Assembly (NCBI GenBank): GCA_026770705.1
Contig: JANJGN010000025.1
Location: forward strand, 28,954,001 to 29,018,000
Reading direction: 5' to 3'
DNA from: Isurus oxyrinchus
Taxonomy: Eukaryota
DNA: 64,000 nt
Shown here one piece after another: positions 38,428 through 50,390 of the stretch. Every line of letters begins with the position of its first letter. Positions within the stretch are counted from its first letter, which is position 1. Made by a program: the position numbers and the translations under genes. The notes below the pieces were generated by a model that searched no databases, was not told where the DNA came from, and saw only the letters and a list, made by a program, of their open reading frames with translations.

Positions 38428-38914
38428 CTGAGAATGGCTAACAGGAATAACGTACTACTGCACATGGAGTTAAGACATGTTGTTTGGCAGTGTTAAGGAG
38501 TTCTGCTGTGCATTTAACCTCTACTGCACCTATTTTAGCAGAGCTCCAGGTACTTCCCTGCCAAATAAATGTACCCTAAAAGGGGAGTGAAATTTTAAAA
38601 TAAGTGGAATGGAAAAAGCAGACATAAAATGGTAGAGATAAGGGAGAGCGGAAAGAGATAGAGGCAGGAATGAAATGGAGAAGGGTCAGAGAGGGAGGGA
38701 GTGTGAAAATAAATATTTCAAATGCAGGGTTACTCCATTAACAAAAATCAATTTGGATTAATGTAAGTAAAAACATAAGGACTATTGTTGAGAAACTGAC
38801 TATAAACATCTTGAACTTGGTGACTATTGAAATTCTACAGCCTTTACTTAATGGTGACAATCAGACACAGTGGCTCAAATGGAGAGCCTGTCCCTTGTGG
38901 CGAAAATAGTAGAA

Positions 38915-40296
38915 TTGCCCAAAAATAGCAAGTCTTGCCCCTAAACTCGACGCTTCCTATTTTTGTGGGGGCAGGAATGTGGATGTGGCACTTTTTGCAC
39001 ATGTGCCTTTTGGGGAGGCCATTTAAATCATCAGCTGCCTCCACTGAAGTGGAATTTTGGTAGATTGGCATGTGAAATCTGAAGTGTGCAGATTATATCA
39101 GGTAAGAGCAGGTCTGAACTTTGTAGTAGCTAGGGTTGATCTCTGGAGATCTAAGGTACCCCTTTGGATCTGGTCTTGGGACACCTTTGGTGGGGGTAAG
39201 GTGCCCTTTGGAATTATTAAAAGCAAGTGTAAATGCACATAAAAAGTGTATAAATTCATTACTGTCAAGCTCATTGGAACTGCCAAGAGACTTGTCAACA
39301 TCAATTGTCAGAACTGTCAGAAGCATCTGTCAAAAGGACCTGTTAAAGGGAACTGTCAAAGGGAGATGTGAAGAGGGACCTGTCAAAAGCATCTGTCAAA
39401 GGGACCTGTCCAGCTATCAAGGTATTTAAAATTCCTGCCCTTTAAATATTTGAAAAAAATGTCTGGAGTGTTAAAAAAAAAAGATTGCTTACAATTTCAT
39501 TCTGTTTGTTGATCTTAACCTGAGGGCTTCAACTGCTGGTTTAGTGCTGCATTACTGATTTCACAACCATCCATTATCACAGTAGGGTGCCATTTCACTG
39601 TTTGATTGACAGCTACAAGTGGTTCTAGATTGTTTGATGTAGGATTATGAATTCCAATGCTTGTGCACTTGAATGAAATGTTTGTTGTTACAAGGTTTTA
39701 TTTAGCTGAGCAATATAAATGTAGTAAATGGGTTTTTAAGGGTGAGGTTATGTTTATTCAATATGGTGAAATCTGAAACTTTATTTTCTAGAACTATATT
39801 TTATGTCTTCATGAGTTCTGAGGTCTGTCCATCATAGGTACTAGATGAGTTGGCATGGTAGGTATAAGGGCAGAGAGTAGTGGGTTGGAGCATGTGTTGG
39901 CATGAGGGGTCAAAGGGGTTGTTTGGGGCATACTTCGGCATGGGTGGCATGAGAGGCCATGGGGGTTGGGTTCAGGGTATGAAGTGGCACGGTTTGGCAG
40001 GAATGGGGCATGGGTGAATGTGTGGGAGGGACGGGGGGGCTGAGGGCTGGAGGGATGTTTCATGTTTTTTATATTTGGACACAGTGCTGGAACCCCGAGG
40101 TGGGCCTTCTGCCCGGCCCACCTCCGCATCTGACATCCTCCTCAACCCTTCCTGGGTCACCCACCCTGACTTATAATCCAGCTCGCTCCCCGAGACTGAA
40201 AATCTGATAGCTGGGCAGCCATTTTTAAAGGTAGGCTTTGTGGAGCCGGGAACTCCCCCCTCTCTGCACACCCGACCTGGGAGGGAAAATCTGGGC
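38915..40296. mobile_element. Long non-autonomous Harbinger-like element
   Basis: Right end GGGAAAATCTGGGCC; ggcatg-rich block; mirrored by 62971-64000. Left boundary uncertain. Confidence 0.5.
39261..39423 (+). repeat. Degenerate minisatellite of CTGTCA-containing units (mostly ~14 bp)
   Basis: ctgtcagaa gcatctgtcaaaa ggacctgttaaag ggaactgtcaaag ... ggacctgtcaaaa gcatctgtcaaag ggacctgtcc. Confidence 0.8.
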
Positions 40297-42267
40297 CAGT
40301 GTATATGGGATGCAATGAATGGGAATGTGCTCTGATGTCTTGGGCAAGGTAACCTCTTGTGTGGAGCAAAGGGAGGTTGGATTTAAAAAATATATATATA
40401 TGCAAAAGTGAATAGTGCTGCTATAAAATTGGATCTTATAAATATTTTAATATTTTCTTTGCTAATATTAAAATTTAAATCACAAGAATTAGTCACTGTA
40501 TCTATATTTGACAGAAATTAAATAAAACGTGAGTTGAATGATTGAGAGCAATGACAATAAAAAACATAGCATTACTTTTTCTTAATGATTGGAATAAACT
40601 GAAAAATGAACAAAGTACCAAACTTATAGCATATTAAGTGACATGGTGCAGACTGATCATTAAAAATTAATTAAATTTAATAAAGTAAATCTAAATTGTT
40701 AGAATGATTAAGACAATATGTGAGTTTCTAATTTGTTATTCAATTGTAGTTGTTGTGAGATGGACTGCTGACAAGAGTGTACATTAAGCAAAATATAACA
40801 TGGTTTGGGCCTTAGTGAAATAATAATATCAAAGAATGCAAAAGAATGTGATGCTTTTGATCTACAGGCATTTTATTAATGTTCATATAACATCAGCCTC
40901 AAGGTTGGTCATAAATTAAAGCAGAGAATGGAGGTATAAATTTTTATGAGAATGAGTCATACATTATGTGCTTAAAAATGAAAGAATTACTGTGATTCCA
41001 ATCGGGCCTGGAATTGTTTAAAATCCATATTTATTCAAGCTGGTTATGAGCAGGTTATACTGTGATACAAGAAATGAGCTGTCCTCTCAAGCCAATGGGG
41101 AGCCTTCATCTGAGCTACAAGCTGACACAGATAACCTGCTGAATCTAATCAGTGAATCAGCAGAGGCTGCTTTTGTATTCATTTCTGTGTAGTATTCACA
41201 TTGTGTATTGGGAAACACTACTACCACAGATAAGAGAAAGAGAGGAAAGCTTCAAAATGCATGCCTCATATTCCACTGAGAGTGTTCTGTAAGGTATTAA
41301 CAAGATGGAAATTAGGGACCAAGTTAAGTTGTCTCCTTTGCTTCGGTCAGGCTACTGCTTAAAGCACTTTTGATGTCAAGATCATCTAAAAATAGCTCCC
41401 TCCCTCTGAAATTTTGAAGGGCCAAGACTGGCTCTGTTGCCTCTCCTTTGACAACTGGATGAGGTCTCAATTAAAGTGAATGAAGCTTACAATGTACGTT
41501 ATTTCTGATACACAAAAAACCCAGTGGAGACTCCTTTGAATCTTGAATCATTGTGGAAAGGCCAGCTGAAGTGTTCTGTTTTATTCCTCCCACAGCCCAC
41601 AAGCAGTTAAGGAATGACATTAAAAGGGTCAGGAACTGTTTGTGTTGGAAGGCCAGTCATATGAAGCGCACAGAGGAAAGAAAGAGAATATATAAAAGCA
41701 TATAGAAAAATAAGTGTGAAAGATTTTGATTGTTATTTTGTTCGAATTTCTTTTGCAATTTTTGCAATAGAACAGCAGATTACAGTTCAGTGATGATTAA
41801 CAAGAGCCATCTGTCAAAAACAGATATCAAAATAATGAGTAAAAGTATTAGTCTCCTGACCTTTACTATTTTTAGTGGATGAGATTACACCATAACTTGT
41901 TTCCTATCTATAAGTAATTATAATTTCAGAGCCTAGAGAGTTGGATCACCTGAGAAGAATATTTCTGCATTATTGAGTGTGATGTTGTATTGTTGAAATC
42001 AGGCTACTGCACATGAACCAATCATTGAGTTTTTTAAAATAATTTCTGTGCCTGTCGGATATTCATATTTGCATTTGCTTCTAAGGCTCTTAGGTCAAAT
42101 ATGGCATGAGTTAGATGCACAGTAAAGTTGTCTTTACACTGCCTCAACAATGCTTCTTAATCTAAGCATCAGTAGAACTATTACATTTTCATTTCTCACA
42201 CCAGCCATTCTTGTGGCTTCAAAGTAGAACTGGCAATTTACTACCAATAATCAATGAGTATGGGTGC

Positions 42268-42411
42268 TTGGCCTAAATAGCCAAGTGGTTATGGTACTCG
42301 GTTTATAACCCCAAGATCAAGAGTTCAAATCTCACAATGGCAAACTATGAAACAATGTAACTTCATCTGAATAGGAACAGATGGAAACGTGTTTGTACTT
42401 GAAAGAGTTAC
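42268..42411 (+). mobile_element. Short tRNA-derived SINE-like element
   Basis: A box TAGCCAAGTGG, anticodon-arm-like ggtttataaccc, B box GTTCAAATC; no acceptor-stem pairing. Confidence 0.6.
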
Positions 42412-43399
42412 ATCTAGTGATGTTGAGGCAAGGTGGTGGTATAGCAAGATACCTTGAAGGACATATGAGCTGCTTCCACCACCCATAAGACAGCTAACAG
42501 CCACAAGAACAAACAGATGTTTTCTATTTTTTCATTGTTTCTTCCCTTCATTAAGGATAGGGAGCCACTGGAAGTGTTGTAAGAATAAAATCATCATGGA
42601 AAATTGGTTAGAATTTCCAATTAAATAATCAGGCAAAAATACTGAATCAACACTAATGGGTCATCTAAAAACCAACCAACACAAAACAAAAGCAGAGTTA
42701 GGGAAACTTAATGGGTAAGTGCTAATAAAATGTACCCAATGGCTCCATGATTCCACTGGTTGTGTTGGCCACTCAACCAGAAGTTTCAAAACAAAACTTA
42801 GTGCTGGCTGAATTTCAGATTATAATGTCCTCAATGAGTAGTTGGCTAATTCCCAGATGAGCTATGGGGCTATGAACATTAAAAGAGTGGAGTCCTCCAC
42901 CTCTGGATCCTGGAAGCTGAGGGTCAGTCTAAGTATATCTTTTGTTAGTTAATCACTGGTGGTGGTTGTGGACAAGTCTACATTCCTAAATGTCTCCCCT
43001 CCCAACAAAAGCAACCAAATGGAGCAGAGAATTGATATACATTAGTCAGCCATACAACATTAGTCAATAGCAGCTTGTCCAACATTCAGTCTCTTGCACT
43101 CCCCCCGACACACTCAAACTTTTGCACTCTCTTCCCCACACAGTCAGTCACTTGCAATCCCCCCCACCCCACCACCCCCCCCACCCACACAGACACACAC
43201 AGAGTGTCTCACAATTACCCCACACATACACAAGCTCATGCACTCCCCACACACACAAGGAGAAGAATTTTCCCCCCATTGGAGGGGAAGTGCAGGAGCA
43301 GGCGCATGCAGGCATGCCTCCGATTGGCGCCCCCGACTCAGCAGCAGGTATGGATTCACTGGGAGTTGTAGCTGTGAACCTGCACACAGCTGGCTCAGG

Positions 43400-46300
43400 C
43401 CATGTGGTCGTTTCTCACTGGAAGGAAAGAGAATTGGAAGATGGCAGCTGGCTGAGTGACTGAGGAGACCTTTTTCAGGACCACACTGCTCATATCCCTA
43501 GTATGAGGAAGGAGCTAGAAAAAGGTGCCCCAGGCATTGTCTGCTTCACCTCCCTGGCCATCAGGCTGAGGCTGGCAGGGATCCTATCAATGGGGTCGTA
43601 AGTCAACCTAAAAAAAAACTAAAGATGACACCGGTCACCATTTGCACATGGAGCATGTGTGCACCCTTATGGATGACACCACAGTTGACTGACCTGAGAG
43701 AAGAACTGCTTTTGTGGGTAGAGGGCTGGCTAGGTACAATGGCAAGATTGCCGCCCTCAGTGAGACTCACCTATGTGAGGAGGATCAGCTCAAGAAAATT
43801 GACGCAGGTTACACATTCTTTGGGAGTAGCCATGGAAGAGAAGAATGGCGTGAAGCTGGTGTAGGCTCCGTTGTCATGAATAATCTTGTCAATAAGTTGA
43901 CCTGTCTTCCCAAAGGTATTAATAATCATCCGATGGTTCTTATATTCCGCCCTGCATGGCAACAGGCAAGCAACTCTCATCAGTATGTACGCCCTTACCA
44001 TGACCAACTCTGATGAAGTCAAGAATAAATTCTATGTTGACCTCCGCTGCTTGATTGCTACTGTGCCAAGATTAGACAAATCTAATTATCCTTGGTGACA
44101 ATGCAAGAGTTGATTCAGATTACAGGTGTGGGAAAGGGTCATCATTGGCAGTTGTAATGATCTCCCCTTGCTGAAAATATGTCCTGAGCATGTACTCTTA
44201 ATCACCAACACAGTTTTTCATCTCCCTAATCATAAGACATCTTGGATGCACCCATATTCTATGCATTGGCATCTAATCAATAATGGCTGAGGGACAGGCA
44301 GGATGTATGTGTAGTGAAAGCCATGTCAGCGGTGCTGACTACTGGGCTAACCACTGTCTTATCATTTTGAACCCAAACATCAAGTTCTCTCCCCCCAGAT
44401 GCTCCCAGGACATGAAGGTCTAGAAGCATCTTAAAGTCTCAAGGCTCAAACAAGCAGTCATGAAGAAATCGCTCTCAGAGAAACTCGTGAGTTGCTTGTG
44501 TACAATGAAAATGGCCTCTCACTGTATTGAGGATGACTAGGCAGCTTTCATGGATATACTGGACTCCACTGCTCTAGAGGTCCTTGGCCCCACCTCTCAT
44601 AAGCATCAAGATTGTTTTGATGATAACAATGAAGTAACCAGCTAATAGAGGAGGAATATTTCCTCTACAGGGTATACCTCAATGTCAAGTCATCACTATT
44701 TAAACACAATGTCTATTGAAAAAGCCGCAGGACTGTCCAGTGCAAACTCAGAGAGGTGCAAGACAATTGGCTGAATCAGAAAGCAGACAAATGTCAGACA
44801 GATGCAGACCACAAGGACTGGGATTCTACGATGATCTGAAATCTGCCTCCTGGTCCCAATCTACTGGTTTAATCGCCAATTCTTGGTGATGACTGGTTAA
44901 TACTCCTCACAGAATGAGCCCAAATACTAGAAAGATAGGCAGAGAACTTTTACCAAATCCTCAATCGGCCTTCATCCATAAATGAAGAAGCAATCAACAG
45001 GCTGTCACAGGTTGCCATCAATTGGTCTTTGTTGACCCTCCCACTCTGTTAGAAATGATGAACACAATCAAGCTTCTGTCTAAAAGTAAAGCTCCAAGAG
45101 CTTATGCTACCCCAGCTGAGGTCTACAAGACTGGAGGTCAATGCTTGATCAAGAAGTTCACTGAAGTCTAGCTGTGAGCAAGGCACAATCCAGTAAGAAT
45201 GCAAAGATGTCCACCTGTACAAGCAGATAGGAACTTGCCAATCTTGTAAAAATCATAGCAGAACTTCACTCTCTTCAACACTGGTAAAATCTTCACCAGG
45301 ATCCTTTTGAATCACTTAGTGCAACACCTTGAGCAGGATCTGCTGCCAGAAATTCGGTGCAGTTTCAGAAAAGGTCGAGGAACCACTGACATGGTGTTTT
45401 CAGTTAGACATCTCCAGAAGCCAAGAGCAGAACATACACCTCTATACGACCTGACCAAGGTCTTTGACACAGTCAGCTGTGAGGTCCTTTTGAAGGTAAT
45501 GGAAAAATTTGGCTGCCTGAAGAGACCCATCACATTGGTTCGACAATTCCATGAAGACACTTGTGCATGTCATGGATGATGGTGAGCCTTCTGACCCATT
45601 CACAGTTATTAATGAAGTTAAACAGGACTGCGTGCCAGCAGCAACCCTCCTCAGCATGTTTTTCCCCCTGCCATGCTCTCCAATGCCTTCCATGATGGTG
45701 ACCCTGGCATCAAATCAGACACTTCATGGATGGGAAACTGTGCAATCTGAGAAAACTCCACACAAAGACAAGGGGCATGATTTTCTGGCCTGCCCACCAC
45801 CAGGATTGTCTGGTCCCACAAAAAGTCAATGGACTTTTGACTGGCAGGGCTGGAAAATCCAGGTCAAGGTCTCCAACAACACACTTCGCGGTTTCCTGTT
45901 TGCCAATGACTGTGTTCCAGCTGCCGGTTCAGAGCTGGACATGCAATGTAACATGGGCTTGTTCTCTAGAGCATGTGACAAATTCAGCCTTATGACCAGC
46001 ATGAAGAAAACTGAAATAATGGACCAGCCTGCTCCAGAATGGCCCTATTTCAAGGCCAATGTTTCAGTTCATGACCAGAACCTAAGCAGTGGATAAGTTC
46101 ATTGATCTCAGTGATCACATTCCCTTGAGCTGTCTATATTGACAACAAGACACATGCAAGAATTGCCAAAAGAAGTGTGGTCTTCAGCAGAATCGAACAT
46201 CATTCTGGGGATGAAAGTCTATAGAACACTAATCCTTCCCACTCTGCTCTACACACGCAACACTTGAGCTGTACACTAGCATCATCCCAAGCAGATCAAC

Positions 46301-46880
46301 CGCTTTCATTTGAGCAGCATTACAGAATCTTTTGAAGATCAGATGGCAGAATACCAGACACTGAGATGCTCACCCAAGCTGGCATGCCAAGCACCCACAC
46401 CATATTGAGACATTGACAACTGAGTTGGGCAGGTCATGTAGCCAGAATGCCTGATACTCGCTATCAAAGTGAATCTTCTATGGAAAGCTTGAGTCTGGGC
46501 TACACTCTCAGAGCAGCCAAAGGAAGAACTATAAGGACACTCTGAAGGCTTCACTTTGTAGTTTTGATATCGATTCCAAGGCCTGGGAGAAGCTTTCCCA
46601 GCATTGCTGTTCCTTGTGCAACTAAATAAAAAATGGTGCAACCTCATTCAAAAACAAACACATATCAAAGGTAAAGAGAAAACACAAGGAGAGTAAATCC
46701 TGAGCCAGCAACTTGTCCAAATCTCAATTGTCTGTGGTATCCCATCCTATTTGCAACAGGACCTTCCAAGGACAGATTGACCTTAGCAGTCACCTCAGAA
46801 CCCACTGGAACCCCACCAAACACCCCAGATGGTGAACATGGCCATTTTGCCTTGAAAGACAAACAAGAAAGAGAAAGCAA
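43400..46880 (+). mobile_element. Near full-length decayed RTE-clade LINE (APE endonuclease + RT)
   Basis: ERRTAFVGRGLARYN..IAALSET..AGYTFF, YALTMTNSDEVKNKFY, SWMHP..HWHLI, LLPEIRCSFRKGRGTTDMVFSVRHLQ, DLTKVFDTV, VKQDCVPAATL, FLFANDC, LSWAGHVARMPDTR, C-terminal zinc finger remnant. Confidence 0.93.
45773..45865. mobile_element. 93-bp Harbinger-type MITE inside the RTE ORF
   Basis: GGGCATGATTTTT..GAAAATCCAGGTC flanked by AAG on both sides; RTE-like sequence resumes (KVSNNTLRGFLFA); related to 49426-49552. Confidence 0.75.
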
Positions 46881-48204
46881 TTAAAGGAGGTAAGGTAAAC
46901 AATTCTGCTCTATTACATTTCCTAATTGTGCTGAGTCATGGGAAATCTGACATTTGTGATTATGCAAATGAGTGTGGGCAGGACCTGGAACCATAAATTC
47001 ACTTTGAAAACAAGTTCAATTTACCATGCAATTTGCGCCCAATTTGCCGATTGTGGCCAAAGTGGAATCTCTACCCCAAGCTGTGAAACAATAGGCTATG
47101 GGATAAATTCTTTTGAGCAACTTGATTGGTTCATCTTCTCCCCTGTTTTATTGGTAAGCTTTTGCTGACTGGTTATTTAGGATTAATTGTTTTATTTCTC
47201 CTGTCAGTAGTTTAACCCATTAACATAACCAAGACGCCACCATATCCACACAAACTGTACGGCATCTGAAGAATCAAAAATATCTCAAGATAATTCAAAT
47301 TTGAAATTCAACATCCAGGAAATTGAGTATATCTGGGGTTTATATTATTAATGGTTATCCCATGTCATTTCTCCCATTGATTGGAAGATATGCTGTTTTA
47401 TAGAGATGTTCTGCCACAGAACACACAAAGTATTATGAGGGTTGTTGATTTACAGTGACTTGAATAAGTCAAATTGTTTTTGCTGCACGAGTTTCTGAAT
47501 ATTTTACAGATGTTTTGGAGATTTCATAAATCTGTCTATGCCTCTTGATATCTGTATGAGTTACTATTATATTTTCGCTTACATATAAATTTAATTGTGC
47601 TTTTTTTGAAGCTCAAGATGCAGGAAAAGATGGTATGCAACATATGATAAATTGCAAGAGACAAAGTAGAGTTTAGCAGTGATGGGGAGGGGCTTTGAGA
47701 GAACTGGACACCGTAATGAAGGTCCTGCCTCCATGGGCTTTTATTGGGCCTGTGTGAATGGTAGGCAGGGTTGGAAAAATCAATCTACCAATAGATAGCA
47801 TACCACATTTTCCAGTGTGTGTCTTTGGTAAAAAAGGATGAGACTGCACTATAAGAGAATACATTAATTCATTAATAGAGCATTAATATTAATGCCGTCC
47901 ACATTGAATCATGCAAAATTTTGCCGCGTTCAAGACTGGATGTTGAATAAGCATTCTGACAACATAAAGAAAGTAGTGGTATCAAGACAGATGGTGGAGA
48001 GGTTGAGATGGGTGTTATCAGTGTACATGTGAAAGTAAACCCAATATCTATAATGACGTTGACAAGGGGTGGGCAGCAGGTAAACAGGAAACAGGAAACA
48101 GGCAAGGATAGATCTTTGACGGACACTGGAGTGATGTCCCCACTAACTACTAATTCATATGCATAGCTAGCTTATTGCATTACACGGTTCCTTTAAGATT
48201 GATG

Positions 48205-48314
48205 CGCAACCGTGCATTGTAAAGGGAACATTGCTCGTTCCCTGTTTGTTCCCTCGGCTGCACATTCTCAATTGCTGCATGGCCGCACAGCTGCAGAGTT
48301 TAGAGGGAACATTG
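48205..48314. mobile_element. Possible hAT-like MITE end fragments
   Basis: AGGGAACATTGCTC occurs twice (~48223, ~48304); reverse complement CAATGTTCCCTCTAA resembles hAT-type TIRs. Confidence 0.35.
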
Positions 48315-49052
48315 CTCTGGAGTTAATGGTTCAGACTGATAGAGAAACTATTGCTGGAATATGCTCCTGCATTGATCGTATTGGCAATAGTGGATCTAAA
48401 TGAGAGCTGTCAGTACTGCAGCTCATGGCAACCTACAGCTCTTTAAGAGCTGCAGGTTCTTCAAAATTTATTTCCCATCCAAATGTGCTGCAGGCGATCT
48501 CTGCCCAAGCTTTTCTTGGTTCAGCAGCCTATTCAAATTAGGGAGAAGGGCTCTTATAGGAAAGTTTGGTGCAGTCAAGTGAGCTGATGGAGTAGGTGAG
48601 CCAGTGCAGTAAGCTAAATCAAGCATGTTGTACTGAGCTTGGACTTTCAGGATGCAAGCATATATCAGGGAACAGGATTAAATGAGGATATGTAACTGAA
48701 CCATGGGATGCAAACATAATTCAATACCTACTTTATAATAGTACACTTGCCTTTTATTTTATTTAATGCTTGGATTTAATATTAATCTTTATAATTAAAT
48801 GGCAAATCCTCTGGAAAACAAAGAGAAGAGTTGCATTTATATAGTGCTTTTCATGACCTCAGAATATCCCAAAGCATTTTAAAGTCAATGAAGTGTTTTT
48901 GAAATGTAGTCCCTGTTGTTAAGCCACGAACAGGACAACCAATTTGCACACAGGAAGCTTCCACAAACAGCAGTGTGATATTAGCTGCATTATCTGTGTT
49001 TTGTTGATTTTCAGTGAGGGATAAATATTGGCCAGGACACTGGGGATAACTC

Positions 49053-49296
49053 AGACAAAAGCAAAATAGTGCGGATGCTGGAAATCTAAAATAAAAGCAG
49101 AAAGTACTGTAAATACTCAGCAAGTCTGGCAGCATCCTTGGAGAGAGAAACAAAGTTAGCATTTCAGGCCTGGGTCTATTTTTCTATCTTTCTTCAGTTC
49201 TGATGAAAGGTCATCTCAACCTGAAACGTTAACTCTTGTTTCTTTCTCCACAGATGCTGCCAGGCCTGCTGAGTTTTTCTAGCATCCTCTCTTCTT
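49053..49296. mobile_element. Penelope-type hairpin element with ~15-bp TSD
   Basis: Inverted arms ~49088-49169 and 49220-49290; flanks CACTGGGGATAACTC (49038-49052) and CACTGAGGATAATTC (49297-49311). Confidence 0.8.
49196..49234 (+). ncRNA. Minimal type I hammerhead ribozyme motif
   Basis: AGTT-CTGATGA-a-AGGT-catctca-ACCT-GAAA-CGTT-AACT: both core boxes, 4-bp stem I, 4-bp stem II, palindromic AACGTT stem III. Confidence 0.65.
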
Positions 49297-49425
49297 CACT
49301 GAGGATAATTCCTCTGCTCTTCTTTGAAATGGCGCCATAGAATATTTCATGTCCACCTGAGAGAGCTCACATGGCTTTGGTTTAACGCCCCACCCAAAAT
49401 ATAGGATTTGGGAGGCTGAGAGGTA

Positions 49426-49552
49426 GGGCAGGATTTTCAGGCTCTGCCTGCTGCTGCGATTGTCTGATCCCGCCGAAAGTCAATGGGCCTTTGGCTGGGC
49501 TGCTGAAAATCCTGGGGTGGGTCCCGCCACAACTGGGCCAGAAATTCCCAGC
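49426..49552. mobile_element. Short Harbinger-type MITE
   Basis: GGGCAGGATTTTC start and aaagtcaatgg..ttt.gctgg core as in 45773-45865. Confidence 0.6.
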
Positions 49553-50299
49553 CATAGAGTTGGTCAGGAGGTTCCCAACCATACAGCCCAAGGAATTAAA
49601 GATGTAAAAATAAGACACCGCCACAGGCAAGATGGTATAATTACAGCATGACAAATTTACATGGACAGTTTCCTTGAGAACAAGGCCATAGGTATTTATC
49701 ATGGAAAATGTTGACACTGAAGTGTGGCGTAAAGGTATAGTGACAGGAACTGGATAAATGTGTAAGATTTTTAATATTACAGGTAGGTATAGATATCTCC
49801 CTGGGCTCCATTGAGAATCAGAGATTGTTCACATGACAATGATGACATTTCAACTATTACATTTCACTCATTGTAATCGGTGCTATCTTCATAGTTTGAC
49901 TGATGACTTCTTTCCCTTGGCAAGTAGCCACATAAAATGGCCACCACATCATGCAGAAATCAATCGGTGGACATTTATCTGATAGTTACAGCCAGAAGTA
50001 GAAAATCTGCGATTGAATTTTCTACTGAGGGTAAATTATTATTGTCTACACAGGCATGAGCCAGACTCTAGACAGCAATTGCATAATCGCACTTCACTGA
50101 TCATGTAACTCCAATCAGACCTGTTATGGGCAACAACTGAACTATCCGCTGGAATAAATTTAGATCGCTAACAGATTTACATTAAATGAGTCACTCTCAA
50201 TATAGATTGTTTTTAAAAATACCCTCTCACCATGATTTTCCCTCCTCACTAGAGAAAGATCATTCTGAGAATCATGTGTACAACTGCCGCTTTATTTTT

Positions 50300-50390
50300 T
50301 GCTCTTGACAGATGCTGCCTGACCTGCTGATTTCCAGCATTTTCTGTTTTTATTTCAGATTTTCACATCTGAAGTATTTTGCTTTTCTGT
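50300..50390 (+). mobile_element. Short Penelope-type tail
   Basis: cagatgctgcctgacctgctga..ttccagcattttctgtttttatttcagattt; imperfect flanking repeat gccgctttat / gccaccttat. Confidence 0.7.

Larger units (their letters stand above)
48828..49385 (-). mobile_element. DeuSINE-like SINE interrupted by a hairpin element
   Basis: ttgcatttatatagtgctttt..aatttgcacacaggaagcttccacaaacagca..gggataaatattggccaggacac; resumes at ~49312 ctgctcttctttgaaat..catgtccacctgagag. Confidence 0.75.

Noticed and set aside
39261-39423. CRISPR-like array
   Set aside because: Units are ~14 bp with no unique spacers, in a vertebrate context with no cas genes.
42268-42345. Functional tRNA gene
   Set aside because: A and B boxes present, but no acceptor stem and no oligo-T terminator; SINE-like.
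43075-43463. Cluster of five overlapping ORFs
   Set aside because: Arises from CA/C-rich low-complexity sequence and a MITE fragment that lack stop codons.
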